A stretch of DNA of 64,000 nt from assembly GCA_001179505.1 (NCBI GenBank), contig CDMY01000492.1:1-64000 (forward strand), written 5' to 3'. The notes under the pieces are model-generated. The model did not search any database and was not told where the DNA came from. It saw only the letters and a list, made by a program, of their open reading frames with translations. This stretch comes from Vitrella brassicaformis CCMP3155 (taxonomy: Eukaryota; Protista; Chromerida). A program made the translations under genes and the position numbers. Below, in pieces: positions 1 to 13,183 of this stretch (positions are counted from its first letter, which is position 1; the number at the start of each line of letters is the position of its first letter).

Positions 1-1720
1 GCCCCGATTGGCACGCCTGCCTTCGAGGACCGCACTCTGCAGGCCATTGTGGCCGGCCATCAGCGTCTGCTCGACGCGCTCGTCGCCTTCTCCAGCGACA
101 GCTGGGACTTTGCCGTCCAAGGCGCCAACCTGCTGCTCCGCTACTGTGGATCTCCCCGTCTCCTCTATTGGTGTCGTCTGCTCGCCCCCTCTCCCTCCCT
201 CCTCGCCACCGCCCGTGCTCACGATGACGCGAAGATGGCTGCATTCGAGCGCATCTCCCGCGCGGGCGCCCTGCCTTTGTCCGCGCGACGGCAGGTGCAG
301 CTCCCCATCCGGCTGGGGGGCTTCGGTTTGGTGTCAACGGCGCGTGTGGCGTCGGCTGCGTATCTGGGCTCGGTGGCTGCTACTGTGGGGGACGTGTGGG
401 ATCGTTTTCGTGGGCACTCCTGGATGCTTGGGACCGAAGCCGCCCTCTTGGCCCTGCCTTGGCTCGCCCAAGCTGCATCCGCCCGCACCGATCTCCTCGT
501 CTCTATCCCCTCGGCCGCCGTTCCCCCCGTCTCGCAGTTCATCGCCCGCCCTCACGCTCGGCTGCAGCAGCGGCTGAGCGAGGCCCTTGCCAAGCAGGAC
601 TTCACTGTGCTGCTCGAGTCGTTCCCCGTCGGCAGCCGGGAGCGGGCGCGCCTCCTCGCCTGCCAGGGGCCCCTGTCGTCTGGCTGGCTCTCCGCCATCC
701 CTGGCCAGTCGAGCGGCGTCAACCGGAAGTGCCTCAACAGCTTCGCCTACCGCATGGCCACTGCCGTCACCCTCGGCCTCCCTTTCCCCCTCGCCAACCT
801 GTCGTCAACATGCACGTGTGGGGCGGCCATCGACGCACTCGGCGACCACTTCTTTCTCTGCCACCAGGCGACGGCGGAGCGCGTCTTCAAGCACAACACC
901 CTGTTGGACGTGTTCAAGTCCATCCTGGCGGAAGTCGGCATTCCGGTCGTGGCAGAGGTGCCCCTCCGCTCTCTCGGCATCACCCCACCCGACTCGGACC
1001 CCAACAGCCAGCGCATGGACCTCTTCTTCACTGTGGACGGTGAGGGCATCCTCGCCGACGTCACCGTCCGCCACCCCTGCCGACCCGACAACTCCACCCC
1101 CCACCACCGCTCCGTCAATCGCACCAATGGCCGCCTGCCGGGCGGTGCCGTGGCGGCTTCGGGGGAGAGGGAGAAGGAGCGCAAGTATGGGGCCAACTGT
1201 CGGCAGCAGGGCTACACATTCATCCCCCTCGCGGCGGAGACGTTCGGCTGTTAGGGTGGGAAGACTCTCACCCTGCTTCGCCGCCTAGCGCGACGCCGCG
1301 TTCCACGACCCGCCAGCTCTGCAGAAGATCGTGTGTTTTTTCATGAGGGTGTCATGAACCACTGAAGGCAGTGTTTGTCGGTGGCATTGATGCGATGGAA
1401 TGCTTTTCAAGTGTCCTGCCGCGCGCATCGTGCGGCCGATGGTCGGACACAGCAACGCGCAGGTCTGTTTCCTGAGGACCTCATCTCTCGAGGGCCCTAC
1501 AGGGCGCAAACCCGCACGTTCATCTGCCAGGACCGGCCATGAGGGGCTTGTTTTGGAGCTGAGGTTGTGGTTTGGGTTTGGCCTACATGGTGTCCTGCTG
1601 GCGTTTGAGCTGCTTGTCGCCTGTGATGATGTCAGATTGTCGGTTTGGTTTGTGTCTGGATGCTGCGGCCGTTCATGTCGTGCGGTTCCCTTGTGTTTCC
1701 ACGATCGTGTTCGTTGTCTA
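1..1720 (+). mobile_element. CRE-clade non-LTR retrotransposon (family A), 3' part: RT thumb region, zinc knuckle and restriction-like endonuclease; inactivated; 5' part lies outside the window
   Basis: ORF 49-1254 has QVQLPIRLGGFGL, GPLSSGWLSAIP, CTCGAAIDALGDHFFLC (Cys/His knuckle), KHNTL, QRMDLF and ADVTVRHP (PD-(D/E)XK-like). The frame continues past stops at 1252 (TAG) and 1363 (TGA) to FPEDLISRGPY...*1542, then a GT-rich 3' UTR. Confidence 0.85.
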
Positions 1721-1794
1721 TGCACGTACATTACCGACTCCAGATCAGATTTTCTGATCGCTCATGCTTCTGTGAAAGTCAATTTTCACAACAG

Positions 1795-2090
1795 CGAAGA
1801 AAGACTTTGACACGCTCTTTGAGAGCTTCCCGGCTGGCAGCCGTGATCGATGCCGCCTCCTCTCCTGCCTGGGGCCTCTGTCGTCTGGCTGGCTGTCGGC
1901 CATCCCCGCCTATACCCGAGGTGACAAGCGCAAGTGCCTGAACAACTACGCCTACCGCATGACCACTGCCCTTACCCTCGGCCTCCCCTTCCCCCTCGCC
2001 AACCTGTCGTCCACATGCACGTGCGGGGCGACTATCGACGCACTGGGCGACCACTTCTTCCTCTGCCACCAGGCGACGGCCGAGCGTGTG
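1795..2090 (+). mobile_element. Second, diverged internal fragment of CRE family A
   Basis: Translates DFDTLFESFPAGSRDRCRLLSCLGPLSSGWLSAIP...CTCGATIDALGDHFFLCHQATAERV, paralogous to ~595-885. It ends at the inverted-repeat element. Confidence 0.85.
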
Positions 2091-2545
2091 TTGTATATAC
2101 AGGCAATGGGACCTTGAACCCTAGTCCTCGCCGGAGGCTCGGCCATACGGTTCAAGGTCCCATTGCCTGTACAAAGGAAGGTTAAGGGTTTGTAGGGCGC
2201 AGATGGGTGTCAAACAAGCTGCTATGCTGGGGGCCGGAGGCAGGAGGCAGCAGCAATTAAAGGCACTTTGAAAGCAACTTATTTTAAATCTTTGAAAGAA
2301 AGGAGGCGCCGAGATATAGCAGTCTTTAAAGCCAGTGAATGAAAGCACTTAGAAAACCTATGCAAGTGTCTTATCAGATCGCCATAGGGTGCAGATGGGT
2401 GTCAAACAAGCTGCTATGCTGGGGGCCGGAGGCAGGAGGCAGCAGCAATTAAAGGCACTTTGAAAGCAACTTATTGTAAACCTTCCTTTGTAACTCCGGC
2501 TCGGCCATAGGGTTCAAGGTCCCATTGCCTGTATATACAACACAC
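2086..2545. mobile_element. Non-autonomous inverted-repeat element (MITE-like) with nested internal repeats
   Basis: Perfect 37-bp inverted repeat gtgtgttgtatatacaggcaatgggaccttgaaccct at 2086-2122 / 2509-2545. Internal 91-bp direct repeat at 2193-2283 / 2385-2475 with one mismatch. AT-richer than the flanks and has no convincing ORF. Confidence 0.75.
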
Positions 2546-2637
2546 ATTGGCCGTCGCTGGTCCCGGATCGCTCCGGCCCCGAGATGCCCCCAACGCAGCT
2601 CCTTCTCCCCTCTTCTCTCTCCCCTCTTCTCTCCCGC

Positions 2638-5600
2638 ATGGGCATCTTATCGGCTCTTGTCTGTCTGGTCGTTTTCCTTTCGTATCTATTGACGGTTCTT
2701 GCGCCGCCCAAGAAGTATTATGGAACGCCAGACTTTCCCAGCGCGTGGCTCCATCGGCCCCATAGCTGCAGGTACATCTGCCCAGCGCGCTCCATGTGGG
2801 GTCTAAGGCTTCTTTTGCGTGTGTGTCTTGCGTGGGTGACACTGTGGCTCTTGCTTAGTTGGTACTACATTGACGCTGCGCAGGCCCGCAAGTACGATGA
2901 CTTGCGAGAGTCCTGCGAAATGGCAAAGGAAGATATGAATGGAGACGTGGTCAGTGATCGCGCTGGTGGCACGCACTGAATTCGCATCCATCTATTCGCT
3001 TGTCTGTCTGGCTGCAGCTGGTTATTGACGATGACTACGAGTCAAGGTGGCTGGCGGAGTACCTCCGCTCACAAGGGGAGACTGGTCTATCATATTGGAC
3101 CTTGTTCAAGAGAGTAAACAGCTACATGTCATCGCCAGCTAGGGTGTGTCGCCTGCCTGGTATCTGCGCTTGTCAGCTGGGAGATTGGCCGACTGAGCAG
3201 CCGGATAAGATGCCGGATCTCGGAGGAACAGCAACAGGTCATTCGCGCACAAGCCTATGCATGTATGCATGCATAGATTGGTCCTGTGTCGCTTGCTGTT
3301 TTGCGACAGAACGCTGTGGGTGGGTCCCAGGGGGTGATTGGGATTGGAATGGGGCTGCAGCTGGGTCGTGGGAGGTTCGTTGGGATAACAGAGAGCCCTG
3401 GTAGTTGAGCTACATGATCATTGATGTGATAATGTGTGGAGCGCGCTTGCCTGCGTCGTTCAGGGACGCGTCACATGGATGGGGGGTCGTGTCAGTCAAA
3501 GGGGCTGAATACGACGAGCCCTGGGACCTGGTCATGGTGTCAAGTGCCCACTCTACCTCCCGTCCTGCCATCGTAAGCAACCGAAAGGATGGACGTATAT
3601 ACATGTGCTTGCAGGCATTGATTGGTCTCGTCTCTTTCCTTCCTTCCTGTGTGCAGTGTGAGAAAAGAGAGAGCGCCTGTGGTCAGACCCAATCGATACA
3701 TTTGCTACCTTCAGCGACCCTTGTGGTTGTCCCTCTGCTTCAGTTGATGCTCCCACCGTCATGATCCGAACGGCCACAGCCTTTCCTGCGACGCCTGCAG
3801 ATCAGGTGTTCGAAGTAAACCTGACCTTCTCGGACCCGATCAACAACCTGAGTTTCGACGTCGATTTCACCAACCCAGCCAGCTGGCAGACCATTGGAGG
3901 GGTGGGGGGAGCCGTCGCGTCGATGCAACAGACCGGCACACACGAAATCAAGGAGACGATAAGGGCCGTGCAGCCGGGGTGGGTCACATTACAGGTGAAG
4001 GACATGGTGTTTACGCGCACGGCCGATGGGCAGCAAAACACAGCTTCAAACAAACTCATTTTCTACTCTGGTTGGCACCATGTACATAAGCAACATTTCT
4101 ACCGGCCTGGACTGGTGCATGCCCCACGTATCAGGTTGCCACATGGCGTGGAGTGAAGACAAAAGTGTGGATCCTTCAGAGACACTGAGCGCATACAGGT
4201 ACACATGCACGCGTGGAGACACCAATTCAAACGGATATATACATGCATACATACACGCGTTTCCCGCTCTCTCTCTCTTCCCTTCTTTCCCCCCTTCTAG
4301 TTGGTGGCATTGCGGCAGGTACAGTCTCGTTGGTGGCAGACAGTCAAAGTGCCTCACAGACACATTGGGCATGTGTGTGTGTGTGTGTCCAGGTTGTGCA
4401 AGGACCGGCCTGCATGCCAGATTTATGTGTTCGAAGCTGTGAGCGGCTTGCCGGGAGGCGGCACCCTCCCGTCAGCCTGTCACATCTATGAAGACCCCGA
4501 TTTTAGCGGCCCTGTCGATCCCAGTAAAGTCAAAAGCACGCGATCATGCGCCGAGAGGACAGGTGCATACACGCATACACAGTAGGTAGCGAAAGCACGT
4601 AACAATACATAACGCATTGATGCTTGCAGACGTCACCGCTCCCAGGCTGTCTCTGGTGCGCAAAGTGGACGGATCGGGAGCCATCCTGGGCGGCGGCACT
4701 CTCAACGCCTTCTATGACCACTCGAAGAACATTCACATGCACGTGGACATCTTCCTGAGCGAACCCATCAAGTACTTTGACCCCAGTGATCTCGAGGTCA
4801 CTGGGCAAAACTGTTCCATCTCTGGCGAGCTGGGCTTCGGTGGGGGATCTGCCGTCTTGAAGAAGAAATCCAATGGCATCGGCACGACCTGGCCCCCGTG
4901 GGACACACATTTCCGCCTCTTGGTGAGTCAGTCAGACACGCGCGCACATTTGAATCACCAAGTGTCACCTGTCTTTTGTTCGCCAGCTACGAATGGACGA
5001 GAGTCCTCCGTGGTTCGTTACGGGGAAGGTAACGATCGCACTGAGCCCCTCGTCAAACGCAAAGGACTTCTCCAACAGCCCCATCGCCCCTGGATCGGCC
5101 AGTATCGAATTCAACATCATCCCAGGTCACTCACATGTGACACTGCAGCGCGAAAAGACGAACGATAAATGCGTTGTCTCTCCGTCGCTGGTGTGCGTGC
5201 AGGGTGCGACACAATGCAGAGAATGAACGACACGGTTCTGACGGGCGGCACTCTGAAGGACTGGATGGGTGTGCCTGGGCATGATTTCGGATCGTGTGCT
5301 TACACGTGTCGAGTGGAGCCCTCGTGCAGTGGGTTCAGCTTCAACAAAAGCGACGGCACGTGTTGCCTCAAGTGGGGACCACAGGAGGATGGGGAGGGAG
5401 GGTGGGTGCCCTCAGCCATGACGTCAATCGACTCGGCCGTGCGCGACTGTCAATGCGCCACTGACTGCTTTGGTCAGTCCACGCTTCACGTTTACTGCAC
5501 GTACGAGACACACTGCGCGCGATTGGGGCTCGTTTCACTTGCAGAAGTTTTTCTGCCACAAGTGTGTGGCGACGGCATTGTTTCGGGCAATGAGACCTGT

Positions 5601-8600
5601 GACGACGGCAACGAGGCATCCTTGGATGGATGCTCCGCTACATGCCAAGAGGAAGATGGGTGGTTGTGCATGACGCCAGGCCAGCTGTGCTCACGTAGGG
5701 CAAATACCAACAAACATGTTGTGTGAAAGCAGCATGCGTGCTGATGTGGGAATCGCCGCCCCTCTGCCGGCTCCTTTTTTCTCCCGTTCAGCTCTAGTGT
5801 GCGGCGATGGACTGCTCGCTGGCTCCGAACAATGTGATGACAACAACACCGCGTCTCTCGACGGGTGCTCTGATGCGTGCCAGATTGAGGAGGGATGGAC
5901 CTGTCCCACGCCAGGGGAGCTTTGCGCACCAATCTGCGGCGATGGCCTCTTGAAGGGAAACGAGCAGTGTGACGATGGGGGCATAAACAATGGTGTGTCA
6001 AGCGGCGGGTACTGCAGACGAGACACGCCAGCGCATTGATTCTGTCGTCTGTCTGCATTCACGATGTGGTGTCCTCCTCCGTCTAGGCGATGGCTGCAGC
6101 GGTAGCTGCGGCATAGAATCAGGCTGGCTGTGTCCGACGCCGGGATCACCATGCGTTCGTAAGCACACAGGGAGACGACAGGGCTGTGTGTGGTTGCTGC
6201 CTGCATGTTGTCTGTCTGTCTGTCACTCAGCCAAGTGTGGCGACGACATTGTTGTGGGAAACGAGACCTGCGACGATGGCAATGAGGCATCATTAGATGG
6301 ATGCTCATCAATCTGCACCGTCGAGCCAGGGTGGACGTGCCCTATACCAGGGTCGCTCTGCGGTGAGAGCGACACAACGAGCCACGCTTGGCTGTCTCAT
6401 TGGCTTGTCTGTCTGCATGGGTCAGTTCGCATACCGACGGAACCCCCCACTACTGATAGCTGCTTTTGCTCAGAGGGCTTCGGCTGTGGTCAGCAGGCTT
6501 CATATACTCTAACCATTAATGTGACTGCTATGTCCTGCATACGTGCAGTCAACAACGTGTGCAGCAACTGTAGACTCGCATTCGGTCGGTCGGTCGGTCG
6601 GTCGGATGCGCCTGATTGCATGTGCCAAACACGTGACTGGACAGTGTCTTTGATATTTGATACATCATGTGCAGACACTCCGGTGCGGTATGCGTGCTAC
6701 CAGGACTGGACCGCTGACGAGTGCACGGAAGCCGGTGCAAACTACACATGGTGCGGCACAGGTGAGCGCGCGGTTTACCAATTCCTTCCCGTCTGTCTGA
6801 TCGCCACTGTCCTTCACTGTTGTGTAGCCCCGACGCCGCCCCCCTCACTGATCGATGACATCACCGATGACGTCGATAAGCTCAAAGTGAGCATGGCAGA
6901 GAGTGAGCCAGTCGCATCCCTTCCTGCCTCAGATCGACACTGACCCCTCACGTGTTGCCTTCCCACCATAGGACGAGCAGGCCCTGAACGAGACGCAGGT
7001 GGGTGATGCCATCGACGAGCTGCTGGATGAAGAAGAATCGGGCGGCCCCACCGCCCCGCCAATCGACTCGGTGGATGCCTTCGCTGAGCGGCTGGTGCGC
7101 GCGGTCCAGGTGGCCAACGCCCTCAAGAACAAGGACATGGACGGCGTCTTGCTTGAAAGAAATATCACCGATGGCGACGTCAAGGCACAGAAGCGAGTCA
7201 TCATGAGGGCACTGCTCAAAGACATCGCTAAGGTGACACGACCGACACGCCGTATGAACTCACGTTGCCAGAATGCACCCCGTGCTGTCTTGTGCTTTGC
7301 TTGCTATCCCTGCACGTCATGTTGTGCGTTAGGTGGCGACTGAGCGATCGACTGGCGGTCTCGTCGGCGTGGCGAGCACCCCATCTGAGGTGCTCCTGTC
7401 GGCCGTCACACTTGCGACAACGGTAGAGGCGGCCGACGAGGCAGAGAGCGCCGACATTGACGACACCTCGACGGCGGTCTCGGCATTCACCTCTCTCGCG
7501 AACATCTCGAAGGACGCCATCGCACAGGCAGACGACGCAACTGCAGCGGGGACAGCCAAGGCTCTCAGTGGCGTCGAACATTATCTGGACGCAGCAGCGG
7601 GCCTCTTCAGACAGCTTAAACGCACTGCTAAGTCCCCGCCAGCGCCGCAGGCGAGTCGACGGCTGACGGCCGACGCATATCATAATATGTCATCTGATAT
7701 CCACACGTCCACGGCGTGGCTGGGGGACGGCCTCGCGGGCAGCCTTGCCGCGTCTGCCCGAGACAGCGTGGAGGTCGTCAGCCCAAGCGGAGGCACACAT
7801 ATCAAAGTGGCGGACCCGGCCAGAGTCAGCGGGCAACCCGTATTGACGATGACCACGGCCCAGCAACCCGTGGCTGTGAGCTTTCCCTCATCAGTCGACT
7901 CTTCAACGGCCAGCTGCAGCGGGGCTCAGAGCGCCCAGAGCATACAGATGACCTTCTGGTCCCAGGATCCGTACACCTATGCTGACAGCGACGTTCCGAT
8001 CAACGAGACGCAGACCAACAACACCATCAAGAGCGCTGCCCAGGGCACCCTCACCGTGGAGGTGTGTAGCATAAATGTATCTCTAGCCTTAAGCATGCTG
8101 CCCTTCGTCTGCTCTGCTTGTTTGCCTCCCTCAGAGTCGCCAGTGTGGCAGTGCTTTGGCACTGCGTTCGTCCAGCGTCGACGAGCCATTTCGTCTCTTC
8201 CTGCCGCGGCCCTCTGCGACCCATCTGAGGCGCCTGCAATCGGCATCAGTGAACCGGACAGTGACTGTGGAGGAGGCGTGTGGGTTCTGGAACGACGCGA
8301 CGCACCAATGGGACACACAAGGTACATTTTTGGACTCCATTTCTTTGGAGGGACGCACACACACACATGCACGCATGCACATGTATCAATGCATGAATCA
8401 ATAATCACTTGTAGGGTGCCGCACAAGCGAAGCTCGCTCGAATGCTACCACTTTGTGCTGTGAGTGCGGTCACCTGACATCCTTCAGTTCACTTTTCAGG
8501 TGAGAGGCGATGCATCGCCGCATTTCAGGTGACGTTGCCTTTCCGTCTGCATGGGTGCATACAGGAGTGTGATTCGGGAGAGCAGCATTGAGGATGTGCT

Positions 8601-11600
8601 GGGTGGCGCCGGGGACTCCCTCAAGTGAGCACTGAGAGGATCGTGCGAGCCAGTATCATCGTAAATCGGTACCGTGCTCTTACGCATGGATGTAGGAACA
8701 TGGCTGACATTGACGCATGGGTCAAGAACATCGCGGGGACATTTGTGCTCGTCATGATCGCTATCCACCTCGTATGTTTGGCGCTATCGATATACTTCGA
8801 CTGTCGTCATCCGTACGCAAACACACTACCAAAGTGCAATGAACGTGGCCATACTACGCTGCTCACGTCTCTCTCTCTCTCTGTCCACCCGTGTGTAGCA
8901 TCACAGATCAGATTCTGCTCGACATTGTCAGCAACACAATTTACCAATCCACAACACACAAACAACAGCCTCTGTCTGTCTGTCTGTCTGTCTGGTCAGT
9001 GGATGACCGATCCACTTCTAGACGCGAGACACGCGGCGGTAAGTGAGTTCGTGAGTGCGTGAGTGCGTGAGTTGTGTGTGGGTAGAGCAGAGCCTGCCTT
9101 GCCGTCCATGCATGCATGGATACGTACCCTCCCTCTCTCCTTGGCTGGCTGACTTTCAGCGGACTCGTGTCCAGAAGGGCTTGCAATCTTGCACCCGCAG
9201 GGCCTACCATCCCTGGTGGTGTGATTTCTTCATATGCCGCCTGTTCGGGGGCATCTATCTTCACTGCAGAAAGCGAGAGCCCACCATGCACCTACAAGAG
9301 CTGCGCACTCTCAGGTGCGCCGCGCCCGATAGTTAGCACCCACGGCTGAGTCTGACACGCGGGCGGACGGCCCGTCCCCCCCTTGCCTGGCCTGCCTCAG
9401 GTCTGTCCGTCATGAGCTGATGCATGAGCCGACCAAGGGGCGGACCGAGGGCTTCACCAGCATCGAAGCTGTGGCTACCAAGGAGGTCACAAAGACAAGC
9501 CCTGTCTCCGTGTATTCGGCCTCCACAGAACACACGAAGCTGCGCAGTCGTGTGCACGAGCCGGTGAAGCCGCTGAACGACTTGATCAAAGAGTCTTGGC
9601 GCTCGGCGAAACCCAAAGAAACAGTAGACTCCCGGTTGATCGCCAACAAGGCCATGTCGGGGCTCAGCGATGTGTCTCTCTCGGAGTTCGTCATCAGCGG
9701 TGAGTTGTCGCCCCGCAAACGCATCATCAAACATGTCGGCTCGGAAGGAGGGTCGGATTCCGAGGACCGGACGCCCGTCGACGAGCCACGAGTCAGAGAG
9801 CTGTCGTTTACCCCCAGTGACCAGGCTGTGGTCGATGCCAGAGGCATGCGGTCCATGGTGGGGCCAGACAAGGACTGGAAGGACCGACCCAAGGACGTCA
9901 AATTGATCAAGTAAGCAAGCAAATGGCCGGCTGCCTGCCCGTCTCTTTCACTGCCTCTGTCTGCAACCAACGGTAACCCATTGAGTACGTGTCTTACTTA
10001 CTGAATTGCTTGACGCAGGAGTGGCGTCTTGAAGGAGGCGCTCCGCCAGCGTCTGTTGCTGGAGCTGCAGCGTCAGCAGGCCGCGGCTGTCATCATTCAG
10101 AGACGCTGGCGGGCCATTCTGGAGCGCATGGTGGCCGAAGCCGACGAACAGAAGGCTCAGGAGGCTCTCTGCGAGGGGCAAGCGGAGGTAAATGAGGCGC
10201 CCGTGCGGCCGGCACTCATTGGGCGCCCCCAGCTGCAGCAGGACACGGCCGACGCGACGAGACACGCACGCCATATCCAGTTCGCCAACATGGGCGAGCA
10301 GGTCGGCGATGCCGACTCCCCCATGTCCATCCACCGCCTGCAGACGGGCATGTCCGTCCAGCCGGGCCTTGAGAAGATCATGTCGACAGTGCGGGATGAC
10401 ATCGAGGGTGACACCGACAGCGCCGGTGGCGTATCGCCAAAGCTGCACACTGGCCAGACAATCCCCATCGACGCTTACTTCGGTGAAGAACCCGACGAAC
10501 AAGCTGACGTGAAGCTGACGGTGGACCGTGAGACCAAGGGCTGTAAGACAGGCTACAAGAAGTCCGTGTCAATCGTGGCCGAAGGAGACGGCAAAGGAGG
10601 AAAGAAGCGAACGGTTGCCGCAGCACGCCGCAAGTCTGTGACCGACTCGTGGCTCGATGTCAATGCCGGTAGGTAGTTACACATAGGTAGGTTATGTGTG
10701 TTGTAATATATCTAATGTCTATTTCTCCTTTGGCATGCAGAGGTCGACTTGATGGTGACTCTGTGGGGCGTCATGGCTGCTGTGTATAAATACAATGTGC
10801 CCTGTTTCTCTCAGGTGACCCGGACTCTCCGGCGAGTCGAATACGTTGAGTGGGGTCCAAGCAAGATGTTCCGTGAGGTGGTCAGACGGGACCATCCGCT
10901 GTTCAAGCTGTTCATACTGAACCCAACGTCTGCTTCACAGAGAGAGACAACAAAAAACGCACAAAGACACGGATAGAGATGTCTGCTCCTGTCTTTTGTG
11001 TGTCGCATGCTTTGTCAGGTATACTGCCGTGCAGCGCACCTTGTTCTTCGGCTCCATTAGTTTGGGCATCCTCACCATGTGCGCCGTGTTCTTTGACCGA
11101 CCGAGGCAGGGAGCGGGTGACACCGTCTTGTTGGCCTTCAATGGAAATGAGATCGCTTGGCAACTGACGTTGCGGCAACTAGTCGTGCTCCTCTGGTAAG
11201 CAAACACTAATGACTAATCAAAAGGTTGTGTCGCCGGGCGGGCTGGCTGCTACCTGGGTGGCACATTTTCTCTGATTCTCCGTGTAGGTCCATCATCCTG
11301 GCCAAACCGATCCCCTTGGCGCTCATCCTCCTCTTCCGCAAGGCCGTACCCCACATTCGACCCTCTGCCCGAAGAAGCAGTAAGGGGAAAAAAATGCGTG
11401 CGTCTTCTGTGGCTGCGGTGTGCGTGCATATTTGTGTACGTGCAGCTGCCTATTCACTCAAGACCGGCCTGTCTCAGAAAACTGCCTTCTTGCGTACGGT
11501 TGGCAGACCGGTCGCTGACATCACTGGCCGGCACTCTGGTAAGGCCTGCCTGTCCAAGGCGAAAGAGAAAACGCCTCTGTGGTATCCACCTGCACTGCCT

Positions 11601-12490
11601 TGCCCATCTTGTAGGTCATTTCCCACTTTCGACGAAGATGGCTGTGCTGTTTCGTTGGCGCCTGAAGGAGCGGATCGGCATCGCGATCGGGCTGCTGTAT
11701 TGGTTCGCATGTGATGCCTTCCTGCTCCTTTTCGCCTTCTCTGAGCGGCTGGCGGAGTCCACTCCCGAGCGGCCGCCGAGGATCATCTACCAAGTGAGCA
11801 GATAGGAGCACATACACTACACACACCATGAGACCATGTGGTACGTGACCCAGTGTGCGTATCAACAGATTTGGACACAGCATGGTTTGTGTATGTGTGC
11901 AGGACTTCGTGCTCGCGTGTACGTGCACACACTGGCCATGTGCTCCATGGATGCGGGCATGTCATGAATGCGCTCACGAGACCCCACTGTGTCGTTTGCG
12001 TGCAATTGCAGGCACAGTCGAGCTGCTCAACTCGTTCATTATTCAGCCGATTCTCTTTTTTATGGTGTTATCTCTGCTGCTAATGGCCATCCTCCGCATT
12101 GGCGTATGCGACTGGGTCGTGTGGTTCATGCCACACTGGTTCGACTTCTCATTCTCGGTCCGTACGGCCGTCAGTCACACGCACACACGCACAAATACAA
12201 TACCGACATGCCAGCAGTCGGGTTGATGTTTTGTGTGCTTCCATGGCGTACACACGTGCAGGGTGCTCAGGGAATCCACGAGCTGACCATCCAGCTCCAG
12301 GCCATCACCGACACACACGAACTCGCCAGAGGCATTCTTGGATTCGCGTAAGCAAAATGTTTATATGCATACACACACACATACATGATAGAACCCTGCG
12401 GCAAACACTTTGTGCGTATGTGTGTCTCCTGTGCTCAGGGGATTGAACATCGACTCGATAGGCATGGTGCAAGACGTCTTCACCTTCTGA
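2638..12490 (+). CDS. Multi-exon polycystin-1 (PKD1)-like GPS-domain membrane receptor
   Basis: Signal peptide MGILSALVCLVVFLSYLLTVLA (ATG 2638). Bacterial Ig-like segments APTVMIRT..FEVNLTFSDP (~3730-3840) and FLSEPIKYFDPSDLEVTG (~4750). PAN/apple-like CAYTCRVEPSCSGFSFNKSDGTCCLK (~5295). Several CGDG..E.CDDGN..DGCS..C..E.GW.C repeats (5540-6365). GPS CGFWN..QWDTQG / CCECGHLTSFS (8280-8490). TM ~8730-8800. IQ motif IQRRWR (10095). PKD1-type DHPLFKLF..RYTAVQR and ELLNSFIIQPILFF TM motifs. Last exon GLNIDSIGMVQDVFTF* ends at 12490. Exons are bounded by GT..AG. Joining of the 5' exons (2638-3700) is the least certain part. Confidence 0.75.
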
Positions 12491-13183
12491 GTGTTTAAGG
12501 TTTAAATGCTTACAGCCAGAGCGTAAAGGTGCTTGTTTTTCGGCCATTTTAAAGGTGGGACAGGCGTCTGATTGTCGCCTTGTTAGTAGTGACACACTGT
12601 CGGACTCTTGTTTAGTAATTTGCCCGCTAGACCCGTTAATTTAGTGCTTGCTTGGGGAGGTGCTTTTGAATACTAAATCCTTACCCAGCTGTCTGCCTCT
12701 TTGCTTGCAGCCAGCTGCCCGTCCGTGAGTCTGTCTGTCATGTATGCACATATCAGTTCAGAGTCTCGAAACCGACGAAGGCCGGCGTCGGATTCAGTGC
12801 TTCTGACGCCACTCGTCGAGTTCGACCACATGACATTCGAATTCGTGGGTCGCCACACGCCGCTTCATCATATGACCAGCCTCCCCCCGTATCTGCTGTT
12901 GGCCATGGCCGCTGCTGCTGCTGCTGCTGCTGGGTGTTCGTCATCTCACTCATTGGCCGAATATGACATGTAGGATGTCTTCGAAGACCGCCTGACGTTT
13001 TTGCTGTGGCTCGCCCAGTGGGCAAGAAGCGTCCGATCAGGGTTTGTTACTAGCCGTTTTTCCCTGTGTTCGCTTCCAAGCTATGTAGCTTGACACACTG
13101 AAGCAAGGCGAGTCAGTGAGGTTGGTTGGGAGAGATTCCCTTCCGTAGAAGCGCTCACCGCGCCCATTGGCTTTACTCACTGA

